This document shows, one piece after another, positions 38,940 to 51,763 of a stretch of 64,000 nucleotides of DNA (positions within the stretch are counted from its first letter, which is position 1; every line of letters starts with the position of its first letter). The position numbers were made by a program, and so were the translations under genes. The notes below the pieces were generated by a model that was not told where the DNA came from, did no database searches, and was given only the letters and a program-made list of their open reading frames with translations. Source of the stretch: Felis catus. Lineage: Eukaryota. The DNA is taken from contig NC_058368.1 of NCBI RefSeq assembly GCF_018350175.1, forward strand, positions 20,152,001 to 20,216,000, read 5' to 3'.

Positions 38940-41095
38940 ACATTTGTTTCTATTTAAACTTTTTACGATAGGTGTATGCATATCATAGTCTTTCCCCCCC
39001 TTTTAAAGAAATAAATGCAAGCATACCATAGGCACTACCCTCCATGCTTTTACATTTAAGACTGTACAACTCACCAATTGTTCCATATCCCTAAAGGTCT
39101 TTCTTATTCCTTTATTACAGCTGCATAATATTAAACTGTCAGAATGCATTTAACTATTACCTTACTAATGGACATTTGGTTCATTTGTGATTTTTTTGTT
39201 CTATTAGAAGCAATGTTTCATTGCATACATGATTTCTCATATATGCAAGAATGCCTAGAGGATAAATTGTTTGAATTAGAATTGCTACATAGTAGCATTC
39301 AATACATGTGGCTTTGATTAACTATCACAAACCGTCGTCCACAGAAGTACTCGTACCCCCTTGCCTGCTGTATACGGAGATGCCTCTTTCTTCACATCCT
39401 TGCCCGCAAAGTTTGTCTTAAAATTTTTTAATCTTGATCGATCTGATAGATTAAAAAAATGGTATTGGAATGTGGTTTTTCGTGTACATTTCTTTTATTA
39501 TGAATTCAGCTTTTTTTTTCTTTTTTCTTTTTTTTTTTTTTTAGTATGAATGTACCCTTTTGACCCTGTTTCTGTTGTCACATCTTTCTCTCTCTTCGGC
39601 CTCCTTCCACCTTAAAAATCCTTCTGATTAGTTGGGTTCACCCCCAATTTTTTTAAAATAATTTTTTCATGTTTATTTAGTTTTAGAGAAAAAGAGAGGA
39701 TGGGAGAGGGGAAGAGAGAGGAGACAGGATCTGAAGCGGGCTGTCACAGAGAGCCCGATGCGGGGCTCGAATTCATGAACCACGAGATCATGGCCTGAGT
39801 GGAAATCAGATGCTTACGACTGAGTCACCCAGGTGTCCCTGGTCCACCTCAATTTTAAGGTCAGCCGGAAGCAACATTAATTCCATTGTAATTTGGGCTC
39901 CTCATAGGTTTCTTTGTATTCTTTTGCTCTGGTGATTTTTGTTACTGATGCTTAGTTCTTTGTGTATTAAGGAAAATAGCCCTTTGAGGCAGGAATTGCA
40001 GATGAGTTCTTGCTCTTCCCGTAGCTTGTTATTTGCCTTTGCTTATGGTGATTCTTAGCTTGAAAAATCTTACATTTTATATAATAGAATTTATCTGCTT
40101 TTTCTTTTGGCTCTGGGACTCCCCCCCTCCCCCCATACTTGGGCCTTCCTTGCTCTGAGGTTAACTAAAGAATTCTCCTGTGACTTCTTCTGGTTTTATG
40201 ATACTATTTTATTTTATTTTATTTTATTTATTTATTTTTTCAACGTTTATTTTATTTTTGGGACAGAGAGAGACAGAGCATGAACGGGGGAGGGGCAGAG
40301 AGAGGGAGACACAGAATCAGAAACAGGCTCCAGGCTCTGAGCCATCAGCCCAGAGCCCGACGCGGGGCTCGAACTCCCGGACCGCGAGATCGTGACCTGG
40401 CTGAAGTCGGACGCTTAACCGACTGCGCCACCCAGGCGCCCCGATTTTATTTTATTTTTAAACTTAAATGTTTTTGCCACCTGGAATGTGTTTTGATGTA
40501 ATGTATAATAAATAACTCCAACTTTCCCCCCACCCCTCCTCCGATGACCACCCAGCTAATTTACCATTACCTTTTCCGTGTTGGTTTGAAATTCATTTTT
40601 GTTGCTATATAATAATTTTATGTATTTGGATTAATTTCAGTTCAGTGTCCTGATCTGTCTGGTTATTTATGTACTAGGATCACACTGTTTAGTAGCCTCA
40701 TGTTTAAATATCTGATAGAGATGATTCCCCCTCATTATTTTCCTGGTTATTCTTATTTGTCCATTTTCCCATATGAACTTTAGAGATTGTCCATTTAAAA
40801 AATCCTATCGCTTATTTAATTGGAATCGTGTTAAAATTTATGGACTAATACCAGGAGAACTGATGATATCTTTATGATATAGAGATTTCCTATCCAAGAA
40901 CATACTAAGTTTTTCCATCTGTTCAAGTCTTTTCTGTGATTTAAAGTTTTCTTCACATCTTATACGTTTAGTTAAGCTTATTTCTAGGGGATATTTTATT
41001 GTTGCTATTGGAAATAGGATTTTTCTTCCATTTTACCTTCTAATTATCTCTACAAATGTTGCTGATTTCTATATAAAAATATTTCTGTATATACA
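38940..41095 (-). mobile_element. Very old L1M fragment with SINEs (~39650-39838, 40207-40442); apparently resumes at ~61870-62290
   Basis: Degenerate antisense L1 motifs that appear colinear across the intervening L1 stack. Confidence 0.6.
40207..40442 (-). mobile_element. Young SINEC_Fc
   Basis: CpGs retained; near-identical to the copies at 52.1 kb and 58.8 kb. Confidence 0.95.
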
Positions 41096-41334
41096 TCATA
41101 TATAGAAATTCCTATACACAGGAATAGAGAAGGAGAAAGAAAGAAGCCCAGGAAGGCTCTGCACTGCACAGGGCCTGAAGCAGGGCCCGATTCCATGAAC
41201 TGCGAGATCATGACCTGAGCAGAGATTAAGAGTTGGGCTTAACTGGCTGGGCTTGAACCCACAAACCATGAGATCACTACCTGAGCTGAAGTCAGATGCT
41301 TAACTGATTGAGCCACCCAGGCACCCCAATTCTT

Positions 41335-41525
41335 AATTTTTTTTATTGAAGTATAGTTGACAGACAGTGTTATATTAGTTTCAGGTATAAAGCATAGTGA
41401 TTCGACATCTCTCTACATTGTGTTCCCCATAGGTGTAGCTACCCTCAGTCACCATACAATGCTACTATAATACCATTGACTATATTCCCTATATTGTACT
41501 TTTTACCTCTGTGGCTTATTCATTG

Positions 41526-41576
<51 letters not shown>

Positions 41577-44500
41577 TTTATCCATTCATCTTTTTTTAAA
41601 TGTTCATGAGAGAGAGTGTGAGGGGCAGGAAGAGGGGGTGGGGACAGAGGATCAGAAGTGGACTCTGCACTGACAGCAGAGAGCCCGATGTGGGTCTTGA
41701 ACTCACAAACTGTGAGAACATGACTGAGCTGAAATTGGATGCTCAACCAACTGAGCCACCCAGATGCCCCTATCCATTCATCTTTTTTTTTTTAATATGA
41801 AATTTATTGACAAATTGGTTTCCATACAACACCCAGTGCTCATCCCAAAAGGTGCCCTCCTCAATACCCATCACCCACCCTCTCCTCCCTCCCACCCCCC
41901 ATCAACCCTCAGTTTGTTCTCAGTTTTTAACAGTCTCTCATGCTTTGGCTCTCTCCCACTCTAACCTGTTTTTTTTTTTTTTTCCTTCCCCTCCCCCATG
42001 GGTTCCTGTTAAGTTTCTCAGGGTCCACATAAGAGTGAAACCATATGGTATCTGTCTTTCTCTGTATGGCTTATTTCACTTAGCATCACACTCTCCATTT
42101 CCATCCACGTTGCTACAAAAGGCCATATTTCATTTTTTCTCATTGCCACGTAATATTCCATTGTGTATATAAACCACAATTTCTTTATCCATTCATCAGT
42201 TGATGGACATTTAGGCTCTTTCCATAATTTGGCTATTGTTGAGAGTGCTGCTATGAACATTGGGGTACAAGTGGCCCTATGCATCAGTACTCCTGTATCC
42301 CTTGGATAAATTCCTAGCAGTGCTATTGCTGGGTCATAGGGTAGGTCTATTTTTAATTTTCTGAGGAACCTCCACACTGCTTTCCAGAGCGGCTGCACCA
42401 ATTTGCATTCCCACCAACAGTGCAAGAGGGTTCCCGTTTCTCCACATCCTCTCCAGCATCTATAGTCTCCTGATTTGTTCATTTTGGCCACTCTGACTGG
42501 CGTGAGGTGATACCTGAGTGTGGTTTTGCTTTGTATTTCCCTGATAAGGAGCGACGCTGAACATCTTTTCATGTGCCTGTTGGCCATCCGGATGTCTTCT
42601 TTAGAGAAGTGTCTATTCATGTTTTCTGCCCATTTCTTCACTGGGTTATTTGTTTTTCGGGTAGGGGGTTTGGTGAGCTCTTTATAGATTTTGGATACTA
42701 GCCCTTTGTCTGATATGTCATTTGCGAATATCTTTTCCCATTCCGTTGGTTGCCTTTTAGTTTTGTTGGTTGTTTCCTTTGCTGTGCAGAAGCTTTTTAT
42801 CTTCATAAGGTCCCAGTAATTCACTTTTGCTTTTAATTCCCTTGCTTTTGGGGATGTGTCGAGTAAGAGATTGCTACGGCTGAGGTCAGAGAGGTCTTTT
42901 CCTGCTTTCTCCTCTAAGGTTTTGATGGTTTCCTGTCTCACATTTAGGTCCTTTATCCATTTGGAGTTTATTTTTGTGAATGGTGTGAGAAAGTGGTCTA
43001 GTTTCAACCTTCTGCATGTTGCTGTCCAGTTCTCCCAGCACCATTTGTTAAAGAGGCTGTCTTTTTTCCATTGGATGTTCTTTCCTGCTTTGTCAAAGAT
43101 GAGTTGGCCATACGTTTGTGGGTCTAGTTCTGGGGTTTCTATCCTATTCCATTGGTCTATGTGTCTGTTTTTGTGCCATATCCATTCATCTTTTGATGAA
43201 CACTCAGGTTGCTTTCATTTCTTGGCTATTGTAAATAATGCTGCAATAAATCTAGAGGTTCATATATCTTTGTGAATTAGTGTTTTTATTTTCTTTGGGT
43301 AAATACCCAGTAGGACAAGTACTAGATCATAGGTATTTCTATTTTTAATTTTTTGAGGCAGTCCAATACTATTTTCCACAGTGGCTGCACCAATTTACAT
43401 TCCTACCAACAGTGAATAAGGATTCATTTTCCTCCACGTTCTTGCTAACATTCTTGTCATTTCTTATCTTTTTGATACTAGACATTCTGACAGGTGTAAG
43501 GTGATATTTCCTATGGTTTTGACTTGCATTTCCCTGACGATTAGTGATGTTGAACACCTTTTCATGTGTCTGTTGGCCATCTGTAGGTCTTCTTTGGAAA
43601 AAAATGTCTATTCATGTCTTCTACCCATATTTTCTAAACAGATTATTTGGGGCTTTTGTTTTGGTGTTCAGTCGTAGAAGTTCTTTTTACATATTTTGGT
43701 TATTAACCCCTTATTGAATCTATCATTTGCAAATATCTTCTCCCATTCGGTAGGTTGCCTTTTCATTTTGTTGATTTCCTTTGCTGTGCAAAAGCTTTTT
43801 ATTCTGGTGTAGTCCTAATAGTTTATTTCTGCCTAGGTTTCCCTTGCCTGAGGAGACATATCTGGAAAAATGTTGCTGAGGCCCACGTCCAGGAGATTAC
43901 TGCCTACATTTTCTTCTAGGAGTTTTATAGTTTCAGGTCTCACATTTAGATTCTTAACCCATTTTGAGTTAATTTTTGTGTATGATGTAAGTTGTGGTCC
44001 GGTTTCATTCTTTTGCATGTAGCTGCTTAGTTTTCCCAACACCATTTGTTGAAAACACTTCTTTTCCCCATCGTATATTCTTGTTTCCTATGTCAGATTA
44101 ATTGACTCTATAAGCATGGGTTTATTTCTGGATTCTCTATTCTGTTCCACTGAGCTATGTGTCTGTTTTTGTGCCAGTCCATGCTGTTTTGATTACCACA
44201 GCTTTGTAACACACCTTGAACTCTGGAATTGTGATAGCTCCAGCTTTGTTGTTCTCTAAGATTGCTTTGGCTATTCAGGGTTTTGTGACTCCATACAAAT
44301 CTTAGTATTATTTGTTCTAGTTCTGTGAAAAACACTATTGTCATTTTGATAGGGATTGCACTGAATCTGTAGATTGCTGTGGGTAGTATGGACATTTTAG
44401 AAATTCTTTTTTTTTTTAATGTTTGTTTATTTTTGAGATGGAGTGTGAGTGGGGGAGGAGCAGAGAGAGAGGGAGACACAGAATCCGAAGCAGGCTCCAG

Positions 44501-47500
44501 GCTCTGAGCTGTCAGCACAGAGCCCGATGCGGGGCTCGAACTCACGGACTGAGAGATCATGACCTGAGCCGAAGTCGGACGCTTACTGACTGAGCCACCC
44601 AGGCGCCCCGACATTTTAGAAATTCTAATTCTTCTACTCCATGAGCATGGAATAGCTTTCCATTTGTTTTGTGTCCTTTTCAATTTCTTTCATCAACGTT
44701 TTATAGTTTTCAGAGTAACGGTCTTTTACCTGCTTAGTTAAGTTTATTCCTGGATATTTTATCCCTTTTGGTACAATTTTTATCTTCATTTCTCTTTCTG
44801 CTATTTTCTTATTAGTATACAGAAACACAACCAACTTCTGTATATTAATTTTGTATTCTGAAAATTGAATTCATTTATTCTAATAGTTTTGGTGAAGTTT
44901 TTAGGGTTTTCTATGGATAGCATCAAGTCATCTATAAATAGTGACAGTTTAACTCTTCCTTACCTCCTTGGATACATTTTTTCTTTTTTTATCTGATTGC
45001 TATGGCTAGGACTTCCAGTACTATGTTGAATGAAAGTGGTGAGAGTGGACATCCTTGTCTTGTTCCTGGTGTCTGAGGGAAAGCTCACAGTTCTTCACCA
45101 TTGAGGATGATGTTAGCTGTGGATCTGTCATAAATGGCCTTTGTTATGTTGAGGTATATTCTCTCTAAACCCACTGTGTTGGGAGTTTTTGTCTTTAATG
45201 GATGTTGTTCTTTGTCAGATGCCTTTTCTGCATCTGTTGAGATGATCAAGAGTTTTATCCTTGGTTTTGTTAATGTGGTGTATCATGTCGATTGAGCTGT
45301 GGATATGGACCCATCCTTGCATCCCTGGAATACATCCCACTTGATCATGGTGAATGATCGTTTAAAAAAAAAAAATTAACGTTTCTTTATTTTTGAGACA
45401 GAGAGAGACAGAGCATGAACGGGGGAGGGTCAGAGAGAGAGGGAGACACAGAATCCGAAACAGGCTCCAGGCTCTGAGCTGTCAGCACAGAGCCCGATGC
45501 AGGGCTCGAACTCACAGCGCGAGATCGTGACCTGAGCTGAAGCCGGACGCTTAACCGACTGAGCCACCCAGGTGCCCCTGATCCTTTTAATATATTGTTG
45601 AATGCAGTTCGCTGATACTTTGTTGAGGATGTCTGTGTCTATGTTCACAAAGGATACTGGCCTTCTGTTTTCTTCTTTGTAGTCTTTGTGTGGTGTTGGT
45701 ATCAGGGTAATGCTGGCCTTGTAGAAAATATTTGGAGGCTTTTCTCCCTCTTTTTTTTGGAATAGTTTGAGAAGACAGGTATTAACTTTTCTTTAAATGT
45801 TTGGTAGAATCTGTCCTGGATTTTTGTTTGTTGAGCTTTTTGATTACAGATTCAATTTTGTTACTTATTGGACTGTTCAGGTTTTCTGTTTCTTCCTGAT
45901 TCAGTTTTGGGAGGTTCTATGTCTCTAGGAATGTATCCATTTCCTCTGAGTTGTCCAATTTGTTGGCATATAACTTTTTATAGTATATATGCTTTGTATT
46001 TCTGTGGTGTTTGTTCTCCTTTCATTTCTGATATTATTTATTTGAGTCCTTTCTCTGTTTTTATGAGGATGGTAAAGGTTTATCAATTTTATCTTTTCAA
46101 AGAACCAGCTCTTGCATACATTGATTTATTCTATTTTTTTAATGTTTTATTTATTTTTGAGAGAGAGAGAGAGAGAGAGGGAGGGAGGGAGAGAGAGGTG
46201 GAGGGACAGAGAGAGGGAGACATACAATCTGAAGCAGGCTCCAGGCTCTGAGCTGTCAGCACAGAGTCTGATGCAGGGCTGGAACCCACCAACCATGAGA
46301 TCATGACCTGAGCTGAAGTTGGACGGCTAACCAACTGAGCCACCAGGCACCCCAATCTTTTCTATATAAGTCTCTATTTTATTTCTGCTCTCATCTTACT
46401 TCTTTCTAACTTTGGGCTTTGTTCTTTTTCTAGTTGATTTAGGTGTAAAATTAGATTTTTTTTTTTTTTTCTCGAGATAGGCCTGTATTGCTCTAATTTC
46501 CCTCTTGGAACTGCTTTTGCTGTGTCCCAAATATTTTGTACCATTGTGTTTTCATTTTCATTTGTCACTGTGTATTTAAAAAAAAATTACCTTTTATTTC
46601 TTTGTTGACCTATAGGCTGTTTAGTAGCATGTGCTTTAGCCTCCACATGTTTGTGTTTTTTTCCAGTTTTTTCCTTGTAATTGATTTCCAGTTTCATTCG
46701 GTTGTGGTTGAAAAAGATGCTTGATATGATTTCAGTCTTCTTAAATTTATTGGGACTTGTTTTGTAGCCTAATGTGTGATCTATCCTGGAGAATGTTTCA
46801 TGTGCACTTGAGAAGAATGTGTATTCTGTTGTTTGGGGATGGAATGTTTTGTTTGTATCTGTTAAGTCCATCTGATCTAATGTGTCATTCAAAGACACTG
46901 TTTTGTTGCTGATTTTCTGCCTGGATGATCTATTCATTGATGTAAGTGGGGTGTTAAAATCCCTTACTATTCATCTGTTACTATCAATTTCTCCCTAAAT
47001 GTCTGTTAATATTTGCACTATGTATTTGGATGCTTCCATGTTAGGTGCATAGATATTTACAATTGTTATATCCCTTGTTGGATTGGTCCCTTTATCATAA
47101 TGTAGTGCCCTTCTTTGTCTCTTATTACAGTCTTTGTTTAAAACTCTATCTTGTCTGATACAAATATTGGCTTTTTTCCCCCACTTCCATAATCATGGAA
47201 TATCTTTTTCCATTCTTTTCACTTTAAGTCTCTATGTGTCTTTAGGTCTGAAGTGAGTTTGTCATAGGCAATATTAGACAGGTCTTGTTTTTTTAAATTC
47301 ATTCTGTCACCTTGTGTCTTTTGATTAGAACATTTAGACCACGTACATTTAAAGTGATTATTGATAGGTATGTACTTATGGCTATTTTGCTAACTGTTTT
47401 TTGGCTGTTTTTATAGTTCTTCTGTTTTTTTTTTTTCTCTTGATCTCTTTCCTTGTGTAATTGACTTTCTCTAGTGTTATGCTTGACTTTCTCTTTATTT

Positions 47501-50000
47501 TTATGTATGTATGTATGTATATGTATGTATAATAGATGTGTTTGTGTGTATGTGTGGTTATGAGATTTATACATAACATCCCAAGTATATAGTAGTCTAT
47601 ATTATGTTGATAGTCACTTAAGTTCTAACACATTCTGAAACCATTTCATTTTACTCCCCACTCCATGTTTTATGTATATGTCATCATATTTTATATCTTG
47701 TATTTTGTGAGTCCCTTAACTCATTTTTTTTTTTTAAGATATAATTGATTTTACTACTTTGGTCTTTAACTTTCACACTAGCTTTTAAGTGATTTCTCTA
47801 CTACCTTTATATTTGCTTTTACTCATGTGAATTTTCCTTTTCATAATTTTCTTCTAAGTATGGACCTTTCTTTTCCACTTAAGAGTCCTTTTAACATTTT
47901 TTGTAAGGCCGGTTAAGTGGTTCTTCATCTTTTGTTTATCTGGGAAACTATCTCTCCTTCAAATCTGAATGGTAATCTTGCTGGGTATTCATGGTTCTAG
48001 GTTTTTTCCTCTCAGCACTTTGAGTATATCATGCCAGTCCCTTCTGGCTTGGAAGTTTTCTGTTCAACTCAGCTGATAGCCTTATGGGTTTTCCTTTGTA
48101 TGTAACTAGCTGCTTCTCTTCCTGTTTTTAAAATTCTTAACTTTAATCCTTGGTATTTTAATGATTAAGTGTTCTAGTGTGCACCTCCTTGGATTTATTT
48201 GGTTTGGAAATTTCTTATTTTATTTTTGAGAGAGAGAGAGAGAGAGAGAGGCGCAGAGAGAGAATCCCAAGCAGAATCTGTGCTGTCAGCACAGAGCCTA
48301 AAATGGGGCTTGATCTCACCAAAGGTGAGATCATAACTGGAGCCAAAACCCAGAGTTGGAGGCTTAACCAACTCAGCCACTGAGGCATCCCGGAACTCTT
48401 TGTTTCTTGAACCTAGATGTCTGGTTACTTTCCTAGGTTAGGGATGTTTTCAGGTATTTCTTCACCTAAGTTTTCTGCCTCTTTATCTCTTCTCCTTTTG
48501 AGACCCCCTATAACATGAATGTTTGTTCACCTGATGTTCAAGAGATCCCTTGACATATCCTAATTTTTTAAAGTCTTTATTTTTATTGTTCCGATTGGGT
48601 GTTTTTCATTTTCCTATCTTAGAAATTGCTAATCTGTTCTTCTGCATCTTCTCATCTACTATGATTCCCTCTAGTGTATTTTTCATTTCAGTTATTATAA
48701 TCTTAAGCTCTGTTTGGTTCCTTTTTATTTGTTCTCACTATTGAAACTCTCATTGAGTTCATCTGCTGTTCTCTAAAGCCTGGTAAGCATCTTTATGACC
48801 ATTACTTTGAATTTCTTTATCAGATATATTGCTTATCTGTTTCATCTAGTTCTTTTGTTGAGGTTTTGTTTTTTTTTTTCTTTCTTTGGAGTATATTCTT
48901 CTGTCTCATTTTGTTTGACTTTGTGTTCGTGCCTATGAATTAGGCAGAACAACTACTTCTCCTAAACTTGAAGGATTGGTCTTGAGTATAATCACCCCCT
49001 GTGTAAACTGTGTGTCTGGTTACTTTGGCTGGGGAGCTGGAGGTATGTCTGGTGTGGGCTGGGGGTCTTGGAGCACTCCATGCTGGGCTGCCCTGGTGGG
49101 ATGGCTGGAGCTGATGTGGGTGTGGGATGGGCTAGTCCCACGGCTCTCTGCACAGAGGGCACCCTGGATGGATAACTGAAGCTGAAGCGGGTGTGGGTTG
49201 GGGATGTCCTGTGGCTCTCCACTCAGAGGACACCCTGGCTGGACAGCTGACGCCAGAGTGAGTGCAGTCTGGGAGGTCCCAGGGCACCCCATGCAGGGGG
49301 CACCTTGGTGGGGCAACAGGAGCCAAGGTGGGTGCTGGCCAGAAGGTCCTGGGGCAGTCGGCCCTGGAGGTGCCATAGCAAGTCCTCTAGAGCTGAAACG
49401 GTGTGGTCCTGGAGTTTTCCAGGCTGCTTTGCGCCTGTGTTGTGTTGGCAAGCTGGCTGCAGCTGTAGTGAGCACTGATCAGGGGTATCCTGGTGTGCAC
49501 TACACTGGGGCCACCTGGGTGGGATGGCTGGGACGGGTGTGGGCTATGGGCCTGGGGCTTACTAAGGTGGTAGGCCACTAGGGGCCCCAGACTCTGCTCC
49601 TATGCATGCTATCAAGGTAGAGAGAGAACATAAATTGTGGCACTCACCAGCCCCTCAGATCTGGGGAGAATACACACAGCTCCCCCACCATTTGGCTGAG
49701 TTCTAGGGCTGGATATTTTATATTCTAATTGCTCTTTCAAACTGTGGCTTTTTTTCTGTGTCCCATGGCAGATGCACCTGTTCATGGTCCCTCAACACAC
49801 AGCACTGGGGTGGAGTTTCCCTTCCTTACTGTGTCTCTGACTCTCTGGCTGCTATGTAGTCTATCTTTTGGTGTGTAGAAGCTATTTAGTCAGGCTTCAG
49901 TTCTTCACAAGGAATTGCCTTGTAAATAAGTGTAGATTTGGTGTGTTCTTGGAGGTAGTGAGTTTGAGGTCTTCCTACCTCACTCTGTTGAACCAGAGCC
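41335..50000 (-). mobile_element. Near full-length degenerate L1 (L1MA/L1_Carn-like) with nested SINEs (41595-41770, 44408-44609, ~45361-45578, ~46135-46353, ~48213-48391) and a young L1
   Basis: 3' UTR at 41335. Broken ORF2 fragments, including the EN domain EYTFFSSAHETFSRIDH (46587-46937). ORF1 region ~47.9-48.9 kb. GC-richer 5' UTR at 49-50 kb. Confidence 0.85.
41787..43178 (-). mobile_element. Young 5'-truncated felid L1 (L1_Fc-like) with an open ORF2 C-terminus
   Basis: Uninterrupted 329-aa ORF 42018-43007; perfect 16-bp TSD at 41771-41786 and 43179-43194. Confidence 0.95.
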
Positions 50001-50179
50001 CATTTTTATTTTTGAAGAAGCATCAAATTGTTTTCATAGGAGAAGCATCAATTTATATTCTCACCAATAGTGCACAAGTGTTCCCTTTTCTCCATATCCT
50101 GGATAGTACTTGTTATCTGTGGTCTTTCTGATAATAGTTATACTAACAGGTATAAGGTAATATCTCACTGTGGTTTTCC

Positions 50180-51726
50180 CCTTGGTTGGAATGAGATATC
50201 ATTGGCATACAGCAGAAATTTAAGGTATACACCATAACGGTTTGATTTACATATATTATAAAATGATTATCACAGTAAGTTTGGTTCACATCTGTCATCT
50301 TATATCGATAATTGAAGAAAAAGAGAAATTGTCATGAGAGCTCTTATGATCTACTCTTTTAACTTTCACGTATATATATATGTATACACACACCATAGAC
50401 GGTGTTAACTATAAGCCATCATGTTGCATATGATATATATTCCTAGCACTTATAGCTGAAAGTTTGCAAATTTTGATCACCTTCACCCACTTTCCCCTCC
50501 CCACACCCTCTGCCTCTGGTAACCAAAAATCTGATCTCTATGAGTTTTGTTTTATTTTCAATTCAGATTCCATATATAAGTGAGATCATACAGTATTTGT
50601 CTTCTCTGTATGGCTTATTTCACTAAACGTAATGCCCTCAGGATTCATCCATGTTGTCACAAAGGCAGAATTTCCTTTTGTTAAAATTGTGGAATAATAC
50701 TGCATTGTGTGTATATGTTAATATATACCACAACTTCTTTATCTATTTTATCTATTTCCTATGTATTTCTCTATCTTTATTCATCCACTTAGTTTGTTTC
50801 CATGACTTGCTATTGTAAATAATGCTGCCATGAGCATGGGGGTACAGATATCTCTGATACGGTGTTTTCATTTCCTTTGAATATATTCTCAGAAATGGGA
50901 TTGCTGGATCATATGGTGGTTTCCTTTTTTTAAATTTTTGAGAAACTCACTATGGTTTTCCACAGTGCCTGTACAAATGTGAAATCCCACTAATGATGCA
51001 CAAGTACTCTCTTTACTACATATCCACACCAGGATTTGTTATAATTTGTGTTTTTGATGATGGCCCTACTGACAGGTGTAAGATGATGTCTCATTGTGGT
51101 TTTGATTTACATTTATACGATGATTGGTGATCTTGAGCATCTTTTCATGTATCCATTGGCCATTCGCATATCATTTTTGGACTAAAGTCTATTTGGGCCC
51201 TTTCCCCATTTTAGAATAGCATTATTTGAGTTTGTTTTGTCTTTTTTTTTTTTTTTTTTTGCTGTTGAATTCTATGAGTTTTCTGTATATTTTGGATATT
51301 AGCCCCTTGTCAGATAAGTGACTTGCAAATATTTTTTTCCATTTCATAGGTTGTCATTTTATTTTCGTTGATCATTTCTTTAGCTATGAAGAGATTTTTA
51401 GTTTATTTTGCTTCTGTTGCTTGTAGTTTATTTTTCATATCCAAAAAAATCAAAGCCAACACACATGTGAAGTAGCTTTTTTTCCTTGTTTTCTTCAAAG
51501 AGTTTTATGACTTTAGGTCTTATTATTTAAGTTATCTAATTTAATCCAATTTGAATCATTTTTTTGAATTGTGTAAGATAGGAGTCTAGTTTCATTCTTT
51601 TACATGTGGATATCCAAATTTTCCTGGCACAATTTATTGTCCTTCATTCATAGAGTATTCTTAGCTTCCTTGTCAAATATTAGTTGACTGTATATGCTTG
51701 GGTTAATTACTGGGTTCTCTCTATTG

Positions 51727-51763
<37 letters not shown>

